The position numbers and the translations under genes are program-made. Below the pieces are notes generated by a model. It was not told the DNA's origin and ran no database searches. It was given only the letters and a program-made list of their open reading frames with translations. Below are positions 38,371 through 47,895 of a stretch of 64,000 nucleotides of DNA, in pieces (within the stretch, counting starts at the first letter, position 1; each line of letters begins with the position of its first letter). This DNA is from an uncultured Bacteroidota bacterium (lineage in GTDB: Bacteria > Bacteroidota > Bacteroidia > Chitinophagales > Chitinophagaceae): the NCBI GenBank assembly GCA_903906365.1, contig CAIVKC010000059.1, forward strand, positions 5,430 through 69,429, read 5' to 3'.

Positions 38371-39028
38371 AAGAACCGAAATAACCGAAATGGTGCAGCA
38401 AAAAGGGCTGCTGCCCCTTTTTTTTCATCCCTCCTGGCAGGTCAGTATGGAGGTACTCAGGGCACTGTATGCTTCCGGCATTCGGGTCGTGGAATATACC
38501 AACCGGGGCAGTGAAGCCCTGAAGAATTTTGAAAAGCTCAAAGAAGTCAGCGAACAGGAACTGCCCGGAATGGTCCTGGGGGCAGGAACGATCAAGGATG
38601 CTGCCATGGCCGGCCGTTTTATCGGCGCCGGGGCGGATTTTCTGGTCAGCCCCGGACTGGCAGAGGACGTATTTGACGTGGCTTATTCCGAAAAAGTACT
38701 GTGGGTGCCTGGCTGCATGACCGCTACCGAAATCATCAAAGCCGAACAGTTCGGGTTGCAGCTGATCAAGCTTTTTCCCGGTAACCTGCTTGGGCCTTCC
38801 TATGTGCAGGCCATCCGTGAAATATTCCCCGGGCTGCTGTTCATGCCAACCGGCGGTGTGGAGATCCAGCAGGCCAACCTGAAATCATGGTTCGACGCAG
38901 GCGTATGTGCCGTGGGGATGGGAAGCAAACTGATTTCCAAATCGGTCCTGGAATCAGGGGATTACCGCAGCATCAGCGCCCTCACCAGCGAGGCTTTGGA
39001 CATCATCCGGGCAATCAGGACCCCCTAA
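38363..39028 (+). CDS. eda: KDPG / 4-hydroxy-2-oxoglutarate aldolase
   Basis: Starts at MDKRTEI, with ATGGATAA overlapping the kdgK stop. Blocks VEYTNRG, GAGTI, KLFPG (Schiff-base Lys) and MPTGGV. Confidence 0.9.
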   Translation: MDKRTEITEMVQQKGLLPLFFHPSWQVSMEVLRALYASGIRVVEYTNRGSEALKNFEKLKEVSEQELPGMVLGAGTIKDAAMAGRFIGAGADFLVSPGLAEDVFDVAYSEKVLWVPGCMTATEIIKAEQFGLQLIKLFPGNLLGPSYVQAIREIFPGLLFMPTGGVEIQQANLKSWFDAGVCAVGMGSKLISKSVLESGDYRSISALTSEALDIIRAIRTP

Positions 39029-39103
39029 GCTCCTGACCCCAGCGAGGTGCCGGCATGATCTTGTATCAGCGCCGGAAAATTTCGTCACACTAAATGAACC
39101 CTT

Positions 39104-40384
39104 ATGCAGGCCAAAGGAAATTACCGGTGGGTGGTTGTTACCCTGCTTTTTTTTGCCACGACCATCAACTACCTGGACAGGCAGGTCATCGGGCTGTTAA
39201 AGGACAACCTCGCCCGGGACTTCCACTGGTCTGAGAAGGATTACAGCAATATCGTGATGGCCTTTGCCACGGCCTATGCCCTCGGACTGCTGGGTTTTGG
39301 AAAGGTAATCGACCGCATCGGCACCAAACTGGGCTATTCCATTTCCATTCTTGCCTGGAGCCTGGCTGCCATGGCACACGCCATGGCCCGGTCCACCCTG
39401 GGATTCGGGGCAGCCCGCACCGGGCTGGGATTGGGGGAGGCCGGCAATTTCCCGGCTGCCATCAAGACCGTGGCCGAATGGTTTCCCCAAAAGGACCGTG
39501 CCCTGGCTACCGGAATTTTCAACAGCGGCACCAATATCGCGGCCATTGCCGGACCCCCGGTCATCGCCTGGATATATACCTCCTTTGGATGGCAGCAGAC
39601 TTTTATATGGACGGGTTCCCTCGGATTTATCTGGTTATTGTGCTGGCTGCTATGGTATGATATTCCCACCCGGCAAAAAAGACTGGGCCGGGCTGAATTT
39701 GACTATATACACAGCGATCCACCGCCCCCTTCCCCCGCTTCCCCCCGTCCGGTAGGATGGAAGCAGCTCCTTGGGTTCAGGCAGACCTGGGCCTTTGTCA
39801 TGGGAAAGTTCCTGACCGATCCCATCTGGTGGTTTTATCTTTTTTGGATCCCATCCTATTTCAATACAACCTATTCCCTGGACCTGAGCAAGTCCGCCGT
39901 GTATGTCTCCACCGTCTATGTGATTGCCAGTTTTGGCAGTGTGGCCGGCGGGGCGCTTTCGGGTTTGTTTATCAAAAAAGGCATGCCGGTGGCCCGTGCC
40001 AGAAAATCGGCCATGCTGATCTTTGCCTGCTGCGTGGTACCCATCATACTGGTCCGGTTTACCAGTCATATTTGGGTGGCGGTTGCACTGATCAGCCTGG
40101 CTGCGGCGGCTCACCAGGCCTGGAGCGCCAATATATTTACCACCGCCTCCGATATGTTTCCGAACCGGGCGCTGAGCACGGTGGTTGGCATCGGGGGGAT
40201 GGCCGGTTCGGTCGGGGGAATCCTATTTCCCCTGCTGATCGGCATATTGCTGGATCATTTTAAATTGCTGGGCATATTAAGCACGGGATACAATATCATT
40301 TTTGTTATTTGCGGAAGCGCCTACCTGCTGGCCTGGATCCTCATGCATAAACTGGCTCCCGAGATGAAACGGGTGGCTTTATAA
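39104..40384 (+). CDS. exuT: MFS transporter, hexuronate transporter (ExuT)-like
   Basis: 12-TM MFS collinear with E. coli ExuT as I recall it (IGTKLGY, EWFPQKDRALATGIFNSGTNI, WQQTFI). Substrate is inferred only. Confidence 0.8.
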   Translation: MQAKGNYRWVVVTLLFFATTINYLDRQVIGLLKDNLARDFHWSEKDYSNIVMAFATAYALGLLGFGKVIDRIGTKLGYSISILAWSLAAMAHAMARSTLGFGAARTGLGLGEAGNFPAAIKTVAEWFPQKDRALATGIFNSGTNIAAIAGPPVIAWIYTSFGWQQTFIWTGSLGFIWLLCWLLWYDIPTRQKRLGRAEFDYIHSDPPPPSPASPRPVGWKQLLGFRQTWAFVMGKFLTDPIWWFYLFWIPSYFNTTYSLDLSKSAVYVSTVYVIASFGSVAGGALSGLFIKKGMPVARARKSAMLIFACCVVPIILVRFTSHIWVAVALISLAAAAHQAWSANIFTTASDMFPNRALSTVVGIGGMAGSVGGILFPLLIGILLDHFKLLGILSTGYNIIFVICGSAYLLAWILMHKLAPEMKRVAL

Positions 40385-40415
40385 CCTGAAAATTGACTAA
40401 AACGCTTTCTATATT

Positions 40416-41603
40416 ATGATACAGCTGACTCAAACCATGCGTTGGTATGGCCCCGATGATCCGGTCACCCTGGCCGATATCCGGCAGGCGGGATGCACCG
40501 GTGTAGTAACCGCCCTCCACCATATTGCCAACGGGGAGATATGGACCAGGGAAGAAATAGAAAAAAGACGCAGCCAGGTGGAGGCGGCCGGTCTGCAATG
40601 GAAGGTCGTGGAAAGCATTCCGGTGCATGAGCACATCAAGACCCAGCAACCCGGTTTTGAGCGGTTGATCCATAACTACCAGCAAAGCATCCGCCATGCG
40701 GCCGGCTGCGGCATAGAAGTGATCACCTATAATTTCATGCCGGTACTTGACTGGACCAGGACCGACCTGTCCTTCCCGATGCCTGACGGGTCCAGGGCCC
40801 TTCGCTTTGAAAAGGCAGCCCTGGTGGCATTTGACGTTTTCATTTTACAGCGGGAATCGGCTGCTGCCTCCTATACCCGGGAAGAACTGACTGCCGCAGG
40901 CCTCAGGCTGCAGGGGATGGGGGAGCAGGAAAAACAGACGCTGCAACGAAATATCATTGCCGGGTTGCCGGGCTCAGAGGAATCCTTTACCCTGGACAAT
41001 TTCCGCCAGGCACTGGAAGCCTACCGGGGAATCGATGAGCAGAGACTGCGTATGAACCTGATCCATTTTCTGCGTCAGGTGGTTCCTGTCGCTGAGGACT
41101 GTGGCGTTCGGATGGCCATCCACCCGGATGATCCCCCCTATGGCATCCTGGGGCTTCCCCGCGTGGTTAAAAACGCAGACGATATCGGCCATCTCCTGGA
41201 GGCGGTCCCTTCGCAGAGCAATGGCCTCTGTTTTTGCACGGGATCCTACGGGGTCCGCCCAGATAATGACCTGCCAGCCATGATCAGGAGCTTCGGGAAT
41301 CACATTCATTTTTTACACCTGCGCTCCACCCGCAGAAATGAAGCGGGTGATTTTTACGAGGATAACCACCTGGAAGGGGATGTAGATATGTTTGCCGTCA
41401 TGCGGGAAATCATTGCCATCATGCAGGCCCGCCAAATCAGCCTGCCCATGCGGCCCGACCATGGCCACCAGATGCTCGACGATTTGGGCAAAAAAACAAA
41501 CCCCGGGTATTCAGCGATCGGCAGGCTCCGCGGGCTGGCTGAGCTGCGCGGACTGGAACTGGGCATCGGCCGCAGTATGGCCGAAGGTGCCGGGCGGCTG
41601 TGA
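40416..41603 (+). CDS. uxuA: Mannonate dehydratase
   Basis: [19 protein letters not shown] is the typical UxuA N-terminus. Length is 395 aa, with the IHFLHLRS and RPDHGH blocks. Confidence 0.93.
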   Translation: MIQLTQTMRWYGPDDPVTLADIRQAGCTGVVTALHHIANGEIWTREEIEKRRSQVEAAGLQWKVVESIPVHEHIKTQQPGFERLIHNYQQSIRHAAGCGIEVITYNFMPVLDWTRTDLSFPMPDGSRALRFEKAALVAFDVFILQRESAAASYTREELTAAGLRLQGMGEQEKQTLQRNIIAGLPGSEESFTLDNFRQALEAYRGIDEQRLRMNLIHFLRQVVPVAEDCGVRMAIHPDDPPYGILGLPRVVKNADDIGHLLEAVPSQSNGLCFCTGSYGVRPDNDLPAMIRSFGNHIHFLHLRSTRRNEAGDFYEDNHLEGDVDMFAVMREIIAIMQARQISLPMRPDHGHQMLDDLGKKTNPGYSAIGRLRGLAELRGLELGIGRSMAEGAGRL

Positions 41604-41630
41604 ATCTGCAGGCTCCGCGCACCGGGAGGG

Positions 41631-42641
41631 TCAGGCCCCCGAGGTTGACTGCCGGATGGTGAGCGTGGAGGGCAGGATGATGGTTTCCCTTAAGGAGGCG
41701 TCCCCCTTTTTTTCCAGGGTCCTGAACAGCAGGGAGGCAGCCCTTTTACCCATCTCAAAAGCGGGCTGGGTGACAGTAGTCAGCGAAGGGTTGAGCAGGA
41801 ATGCGGTGGCCAGGTTGGAAAAGGCAATCACCTTTACATCCCCGGGTATATTCAGTCCCAGTTCCTGACAGGCATGATAGGCGGTGATGGCCAGTTTTTC
41901 CACGGAAACCACGATCCCGTCGGGACGCTTTTTTTTACCCATCAGTTTTTTGAGGGCCTTCACATCTCCGGCGGCATTGTCCGAACAGAGCATTACGGAA
42001 CTGGTCTGGTTGGGATATTCAGAAAGCGCTTTTTTATAACCCTGCATGCGTTTGTTGGAGATGGCCAGGCTGTTGGAAATGGACAGGAATACGATATGGC
42101 GGCAGCCGTTTTCCAGCAGGTGCCTGGTTGCTTTATAGCCACTGTCAAAGTCGTCGGTGGTCACTTTACCTGAAACGACATCCTCGGCTACACGGTCAAA
42201 CAAGACCACCGGCACCCCGGTGGACTGGAGCTGCTGTATATGCCGGCTATTGGTGGTTTCCCTTGAAATGGAAAGCAGGATACCGTCCACACGCCCGCTG
42301 TTGAAATCCTCCAGTATGGCCTGCTCCTTGGTGAATTTTTCATGGGTCAGATAGATCAGGACATGATAGCCCTTTTCCTGGGCGACCGATTCGATTCCGT
42401 TGATGGCCAGGGAAAAAAAGCTGTCTGCCACTTCCGGAAGGACTACCGCAATGGTCTTGCTTTTGCGTTTACGCAGGCTGCTGGCATAGGGATTGGGGAC
42501 ATAATTCAGTTTATGGACCAGGTCGAGTACCCTTTTTTTGGTGGCCGCACTGATTTCATGGCTGTCTCTCAGGGCTTTTGAAATGGTGCCGGGGGAGAGT
42601 TTTAGCTGCTTGGCGAGTGTTTTTATGGTCACATGATTCAT
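41631..42641 (-). CDS. LacI-family transcriptional regulator
   Basis: N-terminal HTH VTIKTLAKQLKLSPGTISKALRD plus a periplasmic-binding-protein-like sugar-binding core. Confidence 0.93.
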   Translation of the reverse strand: MNHVTIKTLAKQLKLSPGTISKALRDSHEISAATKKRVLDLVHKLNYVPNPYASSLRKRKSKTIAVVLPEVADSFFSLAINGIESVAQEKGYHVLIYLTHEKFTKEQAILEDFNSGRVDGILLSISRETTNSRHIQQLQSTGVPVVLFDRVAEDVVSGKVTTDDFDSGYKATRHLLENGCRHIVFLSISNSLAISNKRMQGYKKALSEYPNQTSSVMLCSDNAAGDVKALKKLMGKKKRPDGIVVSVEKLAITAYHACQELGLNIPGDVKVIAFSNLATAFLLNPSLTTVTQPAFEMGKRAASLLFRTLEKKGDASLRETIILPSTLTIRQSTSGA

Positions 42642-42695
42642 CGGAGCCGGAGGCTTTTTAAACTAAAGGCTGAAAATATCCTTGATTGTGCTCAA

Positions 42696-42715
42696 TTACG
42701 CAAACGGTTTCGTAA
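42696..42715. promoter_or_regulatory. Candidate LacI-type operator in the LacI/MIOX divergent promoter region
   Basis: TTACGCAAAC|GGTTTCGTAA is a 20-bp imperfect palindrome (8 of 10 positions per arm) with the central CG typical of LacI-family operators. Confidence 0.4.
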
Positions 42716-42802
42716 ATAAAATATCTGTGTTATTATATTATATCTGGTAAAAATTACAATTTAGTAGCAGGAACTATTTCCAAAAACCAAATTTCTTACA
42801 AT

Positions 42803-43690
42803 ATGCAGCAGCCCCTAAAAACAGCCCTATCTGAACAAAACCCTTTAGAGCGGCTGGATGAATGGGAAGAGGACCTTCTGATCCGTTATCCGGAACCCGG
42901 TTCTATCGCCAAGGACAAAAGTACGGAAGCTTTCAGGGATTATGAACATACCCAGCGGGATACCGTCAAGGAGTTCTACCGGCTTAACCATACCCACCAG
43001 TCTTACGATTTTGTTTTGCAAAAGGAAAAGGAGTTTCTGCAGTTCAACAAAAAGGAAATGCCCATCTGGGAGGCGTTCACCTTCCTCAACCAGCTGGTGG
43101 ACGATTCCGATCCCGATACGGACCTGGATCAGTTTCAGCACCTCCTGCAAACCTCGGAGGCCATCAGAAAAGACGGCCACCCGGACTGGATGGTCCTGAC
43201 CGGGCTGCTTCATGATATGGGCAAGGTTCTCTGCCTGTTTGGCGAACCGCAGTGGGCGGTGGTAGGGGATACCTATCCGGTGGGATGTGCTTTTTCCGAT
43301 AAGATTGTCTTTTCTGAATTCTTCCGGGAAAACCCGGATTATTCCGACCCGAGATACAATACCAAATACGGCGTATATACCCCGAACTGCGGCCTGAGGA
43401 ATGTACATATGTCCTGGGGACATGATGAATACATCTATCACCTGGCCAAGGATTTTTTACCTGAATCCGGCCTGTATATGTTGCGATATCACTCTTTTTA
43501 CCCCCAGCATCGGGAAAACGCCTATGCGCATCTCATGGATGAACACGATCACGAGATGTTCAAGTGGGTCAATCTCTTCAACCCCTATGACCTGTATTCC
43601 AAGAGCCCCGTTCCGCCCAATTGGGATGAACTCAGGCCTTATTATGAGAACCTGGTCAGCAAGTATTTACCGGCTACCCTTCGTTTCTGA
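42803..43690 (+). CDS. Myo-inositol oxygenase (MIOX family, HD-type di-iron enzyme)
   Basis: GLLHDMGKV, WGHDEYIY, RYHSFYPQH and LFNPYDLYSK match the conserved MIOX blocks known from eukaryotic enzymes. 295 aa. Confidence 0.9.
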   Translation: MQQPLKTALSEQNPLERLDEWEEDLLIRYPEPGSIAKDKSTEAFRDYEHTQRDTVKEFYRLNHTHQSYDFVLQKEKEFLQFNKKEMPIWEAFTFLNQLVDDSDPDTDLDQFQHLLQTSEAIRKDGHPDWMVLTGLLHDMGKVLCLFGEPQWAVVGDTYPVGCAFSDKIVFSEFFRENPDYSDPRYNTKYGVYTPNCGLRNVHMSWGHDEYIYHLAKDFLPESGLYMLRYHSFYPQHRENAYAHLMDEHDHEMFKWVNLFNPYDLYSKSPVPPNWDELRPYYENLVSKYLPATLRF

Positions 43691-43764
43691 GCAGGAATCA
43701 GCAAACCGGTAGGCCCGGCATTAAATGGCATCTGCGGGGGACCAACTGCAGATAATTTATTGGT

Positions 43765-46700
43765 ATGAAATCATTTCCCAAGGGGATTTTTGTCATATGG
43801 CTGGGTTGGTTGGTTATTTCCTGCACCCATGCCGACAAGACCCTTTTTACAGCATTGCCTGCTTCCCAAACCCATATCGATTTTAGAAACGATATCCGGG
43901 AAAATGTGGATTATAATATACTCACCTATGAGTATCTCTATAACGGGGGAGGGGTGGCTGTAGGGGACATTAACAATGACGGGCTTCCCGATATTCTCTT
44001 TACCGGAAACATGGTCCCCAACAAACTCTACCTGAACCGGGGAAATTTTCAGTTTGAGGATATCACCGAAAAAGCCGGTCTCCAGGGCCGCTCCAGCTGG
44101 AAGACGGGGGTGGTCATGGCCGACGTCAACGGGGACGGGCTCCTGGACATTTACCTGTGCTATTCAGGACCGGGGACTGATTCTGCCCGGTCCAATGAAC
44201 TATACATCAACAACGGATCCAGGGACGGCATCCCCTCTTTCACCGAATCAGCCCGGGCCTACGGGCTGGATGCCCCCGGCACCTACACGACCACGGTGGC
44301 CTTTTTTGACATGGATAACGACGGGGATCTGGACATGTTCATGGTCAATCACGCCGACATGTTCTACAATCCCTTCTACAATACAGATAAACTCAGGGCC
44401 AAAAGGGATCCCCGCTTTGGAAACAGGCTCTACCGTAATGACAACGGGCATTTTACCGATATCAGTGAACAGGCGCACATCAACGGCAGTGGCCTTAACT
44501 TCGGACTCAGTGCTTCCATCAGCGATGTCAACCAGGACGGGTGGCCGGACATTTATGTTACCAATGATTATGATGAGCGTGACTTCCTCTACCTCAACAA
44601 CCACGACGGCAGTTTCCGGGAGGTCCTCGATAAGGCAGCCGGACATATTTCCGAATTCGCTATGGGATCCGACATTGCTGATTACAACAACGACGGGCTC
44701 CCCGATATCATGGTACTGGACATGCTGCCTGAAAACAACCACCGGCAGAAACTGCTGCGTGGCGCTGATGCCTACGATAAATACACCACCAGGCTGGAGC
44801 ACGGCTTCCATCGCCAGCAAATGAGAAATACCCTGCAGCTCAACAACGGCAATGACAGCACCGGGATGCCCGTTTTCAGCGAAATAGGCCAGTTTGCGGG
44901 CGTATCTTCCACGGACTGGAGCTGGGCTCCCCTGTTTGCGGATTATGACAACGATGGATGGAAGGATCTCTTTATTTCCAACGGGATCCTCCGGGACATG
45001 ACCAATCTTGATTTCGTAAAATACACTTCGGGGTATTCCTCCGAATACAAGGAAAAAAACGGGGATAAAAAGGAAATGTGGCAGCTGGTGCAGCAGATGC
45101 CTTCCACCAGGATGAATAATTACCTGTTTCGCAACAACCACCAGCTGGGCTTTACCAATATGAGCGCCCAGTGGGGACTGACCAATGCGTCCATCCATAA
45201 CGGCGCGGCTTATGCCGATCTTAACAATGACGGAAGCCTGGACCTGATCGTCAACAACCTCAATGACCAGGCCGTCATCTACCAAAACCACGCTTTCGAA
45301 AACAAGCAGAACCATTATGTCAGGATACGCCTGCACGGCCAGGGGCTGAACCGCTTTGGCATCGGGGCCACCGTTTATACCCGGACCGAACACGGCAGCC
45401 AGATGCAGGAGGAATATACCTCCCGGGGCTTTCAGTCCTCGGTGGACCCTGTCATGCATATCGGACTGGGTACAGACAGCCTCATTACCGAAATCAGGGT
45501 GGTCTGGCCGGGCGGCAGGGAGTCCAGGCTGCAGCATATTGCAGCTGACACCACCCTGGACATCAGCGAGAACAAGGCCACCCCTCCTGCTCCCGGAGGC
45601 CAGCCGCCGGCTCCCCGCAGGCTCTTTGAGGATGTCACCCGGGAGTCCGGCATTCATTATGAGCACAAGCCCTCCTCCTTTGTGGACTTTAAGGTATCCC
45701 CGCTGCTTCCCTACCAGCTCTCCAAGACAGGCCCCTGCCTGGCGAAGGGGGATGTAAACGGGGACGGCCTGGAAGATATATTCATCGGATCCTCTTCGGG
45801 CGGTCAAAGCGTCCTATACCTGCAAACGCCCGGGGGCACCTTCCAGGCAGCCGGTAGCCAGCCCTGGAACACTGATACGGAATTAACCAACTCAGATGCC
45901 CTTTTTTTTGATGCTGATGGCGACGGGGACCTGGATCTGTACCTGGTCAGCGGTGGGGCAGACTTCCCCCTGGGAAGTCCCCATTACCAGGACCGGATGT
46001 TTGAAAACGACGGCCACGGTCATTTCACGGCACTCAGCGACGCACTGCCTCCCGAAACGGTCAGCGGTTCCTGTGTGCGGGCAGCCGATATCGACCAGGA
46101 TGGCCTGGCTGACCTGTTTGTGGGCGGCTACGCCATGCCCGGACTTTTTCCCCAGTCCCCGCAGAGTTTTATACTTAAAAATAAAAGCCGCCCCGGCCGG
46201 ATCCGTTTTGAAAAGGACCTTTCCCAGACCGATTCCCTGCTGTCCCATCCGGGTATGGTCACCGATGCGCTGTGGATAGATATCAACAAAGACGGATGGA
46301 AGGACCTGGTCGTGGTAGGCCGGTTCATGCCCGTTTGCATCTTTGAAAACCACCGGGGTATACTCTCCGACCAGACCCGGGCCTATGGACTCTCCGATAC
46401 CCAGGGCTGGTGGTGCAGGATACTGGCCGACGACTTTGACCAGGATGGCAATACGGATCTGGTCATCGGCAACCTGGGCCAAAACACCCAGTTCAGGGCA
46501 ACGGCGGCAGAGCCCCTGACCATTACCTATGCCGATTTCAACCGGGATGGAACGCTCGACCCCATCCTGTGCTATTATAATCAGGGCATCAGTTATCCCT
46601 ATTTCACCCGGGATGAAATATTTGACCAGATTCCTTCCCTGCAAAAAAAATTCGGGCGCTACGCCGATTACGCCGATGCCCGGCTTTCCGATATGTTTGC

Positions 46701-47127
46701 TGCCGATGAGCTCCAAAAAGCCGGAACTGTTTCCATCAAAATGACGCAGTCCGTGTTCTTGCATAACCTGGGAAACAGGAAGTTCCGTATCGACTCCCTG
46801 CCGGCCTATGCACAGATATCCGCGGCCAGCGGTTTGGTTTCCATGGATGTGGACGGGGATGGCAAAAAAGACATCGTGCTCGCCGGTAATTATTTCCCCT
46901 TCCGGGTCCAGCAGGGTCCCCTGGATGCCTCCATCGGTATGGTACTACTGGGCGACGGCCGGGGCGGTTTCCGTCCCCTGCCTTACCGGGAAAGCGGGTT
47001 GATGATCCCGGGGGATGTACGAAACCTGATTCCTGTTAAAACCGGGAAACCGGGGCAATGGTACCTGGCAGCTGCCAAAAACAACGGGGCTGTTCAAATA
47101 TTAAAAACTTTGAATGCTTCAAAATAA
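43765..47127 (+). CDS. CRTAC1-family lipoprotein (FG-GAP/VCBS repeats plus ASPIC/UnbV domain)
   Basis: Lipobox LVISC. Many D-x-N-x-D-G-x-x-D repeats (DINNDGLPDI, DVNGDGLLDI, DMDNDGDLDM ...). UnbV_ASPIC-like block VRIRLHGQGLNRFGIGATV. Confidence 0.85.
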   Translation: MKSFPKGIFVIWLGWLVISCTHADKTLFTALPASQTHIDFRNDIRENVDYNILTYEYLYNGGGVAVGDINNDGLPDILFTGNMVPNKLYLNRGNFQFEDITEKAGLQGRSSWKTGVVMADVNGDGLLDIYLCYSGPGTDSARSNELYINNGSRDGIPSFTESARAYGLDAPGTYTTTVAFFDMDNDGDLDMFMVNHADMFYNPFYNTDKLRAKRDPRFGNRLYRNDNGHFTDISEQAHINGSGLNFGLSASISDVNQDGWPDIYVTNDYDERDFLYLNNHDGSFREVLDKAAGHISEFAMGSDIADYNNDGLPDIMVLDMLPENNHRQKLLRGADAYDKYTTRLEHGFHRQQMRNTLQLNNGNDSTGMPVFSEIGQFAGVSSTDWSWAPLFADYDNDGWKDLFISNGILRDMTNLDFVKYTSGYSSEYKEKNGDKKEMWQLVQQMPSTRMNNYLFRNNHQLGFTNMSAQWGLTNASIHNGAAYADLNNDGSLDLIVNNLNDQAVIYQNHAFENKQNHYVRIRLHGQGLNRFGIGATVYTRTEHGSQMQEEYTSRGFQSSVDPVMHIGLGTDSLITEIRVVWPGGRESRLQHIAADTTLDISENKATPPAPGGQPPAPRRLFEDVTRESGIHYEHKPSSFVDFKVSPLLPYQLSKTGPCLAKGDVNGDGLEDIFIGSSSGGQSVLYLQTPGGTFQAAGSQPWNTDTELTNSDALFFDADGDGDLDLYLVSGGADFPLGSPHYQDRMFENDGHGHFTALSDALPPETVSGSCVRAADIDQDGLADLFVGGYAMPGLFPQSPQSFILKNKSRPGRIRFEKDLSQTDSLLSHPGMVTDALWIDINKDGWKDLVVVGRFMPVCIFENHRGILSDQTRAYGLSDTQGWWCRILADDFDQDGNTDLVIGNLGQNTQFRATAAEPLTITYADFNRDGTLDPILCYYNQGISYPYFTRDEIFDQIPSLQKKFGRYADYADARLSDMFAADELQKAGTVSIKMTQSVFLHNLGNRKFRIDSLPAYAQISAASGLVSMDVDGDGKKDIVLAGNYFPFRVQQGPLDASIGMVLLGDGRGGFRPLPYRESGLMIPGDVRNLIPVKTGKPGQWYLAAAKNNGAVQILKTLNASK

Positions 47128-47243
47128 GGGTTTACATTAGCTCAATGGAAAAGGCACCCGGGACCTTCCATCCCGGGTCAGGCAGCAATGATGCGTTATT
47201 TGGAGACGGCATTGGGGCCACAATAAAAATATCTGATAGAGCC

Positions 47244-47804
47244 ATGCAACTTTTGCTTCATCGCATACAATTTGAACAGGATGAAACCGCTTTCCGCGAG
47301 TTTTATAAGGAGAACGTGTTCAAGCTCTTCCAGTTTGCCTTTGCCTTCATTCAGAACAAGGAACTGGCCGAAGAAATTGTCAATGACGTATTCCTCAGTC
47401 TTTGGAACCAGCGCGCAAGAATCAGTGATATCCGAAACATCAATGTCTATTTGTATGTTTCTGTAAAAAATACCGCCGCCAACTACATAAGGAAAAACAA
47501 TTCCAGGAAAAACATCGACCTGGAGCGGATCGCCTCGGATCATTTTTACCTCAGTCCCGATCCCGAGCAGGTGCTCATCACCGAGGAGCTCAAAAAAATC
47601 ATTGAGCAGTCCATCAACCAGCTTCCACCCCGCTGCAAGCTGATCTTCAAGCTGGTCAAAGAAGACGGGCTGTCCAGCAGCGAAGTGGCGGAAATCCTGG
47701 AAATATCCTACAAAACGGTCAAGACCCAGCTGACCATTGCCTTGCAGAAACTCGAACAGAGCCTCCGTCCCTCCCTGAAGGAATACCGCTTCCGGCTCAG
47801 GTAA
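47244..47804 (+). CDS. ECF-type RNA polymerase sigma-70 factor (Bacteroidota PUL-associated type)
   Basis: Region 2 (FREFYKENVFKLFQFAFAFIQNKELAEEIVNDVFLSLW) and region 4 HTH (LSSSEVAEILEISYKTVKTQL). Start is taken at Met63 of the long ORF, which otherwise overlaps the upstream gene. Confidence 0.85.
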   Translation: MQLLLHRIQFEQDETAFREFYKENVFKLFQFAFAFIQNKELAEEIVNDVFLSLWNQRARISDIRNINVYLYVSVKNTAANYIRKNNSRKNIDLERIASDHFYLSPDPEQVLITEELKKIIEQSINQLPPRCKLIFKLVKEDGLSSSEVAEILEISYKTVKTQLTIALQKLEQSLRPSLKEYRFRLR

Positions 47805-47895
47805 CCGTCCCGAAAAATATATTAAAATATTTTACTTCATTTTAAGAAAATCTGCCAGACCGGGTGTCCTGTTATCACAAACCAATACAGGGTTC

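Noticed and set aside
44248-45807. 519-aa minus-strand ORF inside the CRTAC1-like gene (a 256-aa plus-strand out-of-frame ORF at 44054-44824 is similar)
   Set aside because: It is antisense or out of frame relative to a gene with clear FG-GAP/UnbV motifs. There is no start context or motif, and the composition is typical of shadow ORFs.
47058-47243. N-terminal extension of the ECF sigma ORF overlapping the CRTAC1-like gene by 70 nt
   Set aside because: Sigma region 2 begins shortly after Met63 (ATG 47244). The extension has no sigma-like sequence and overlaps the upstream coding region. Met30 (47145) remains a possible alternative.
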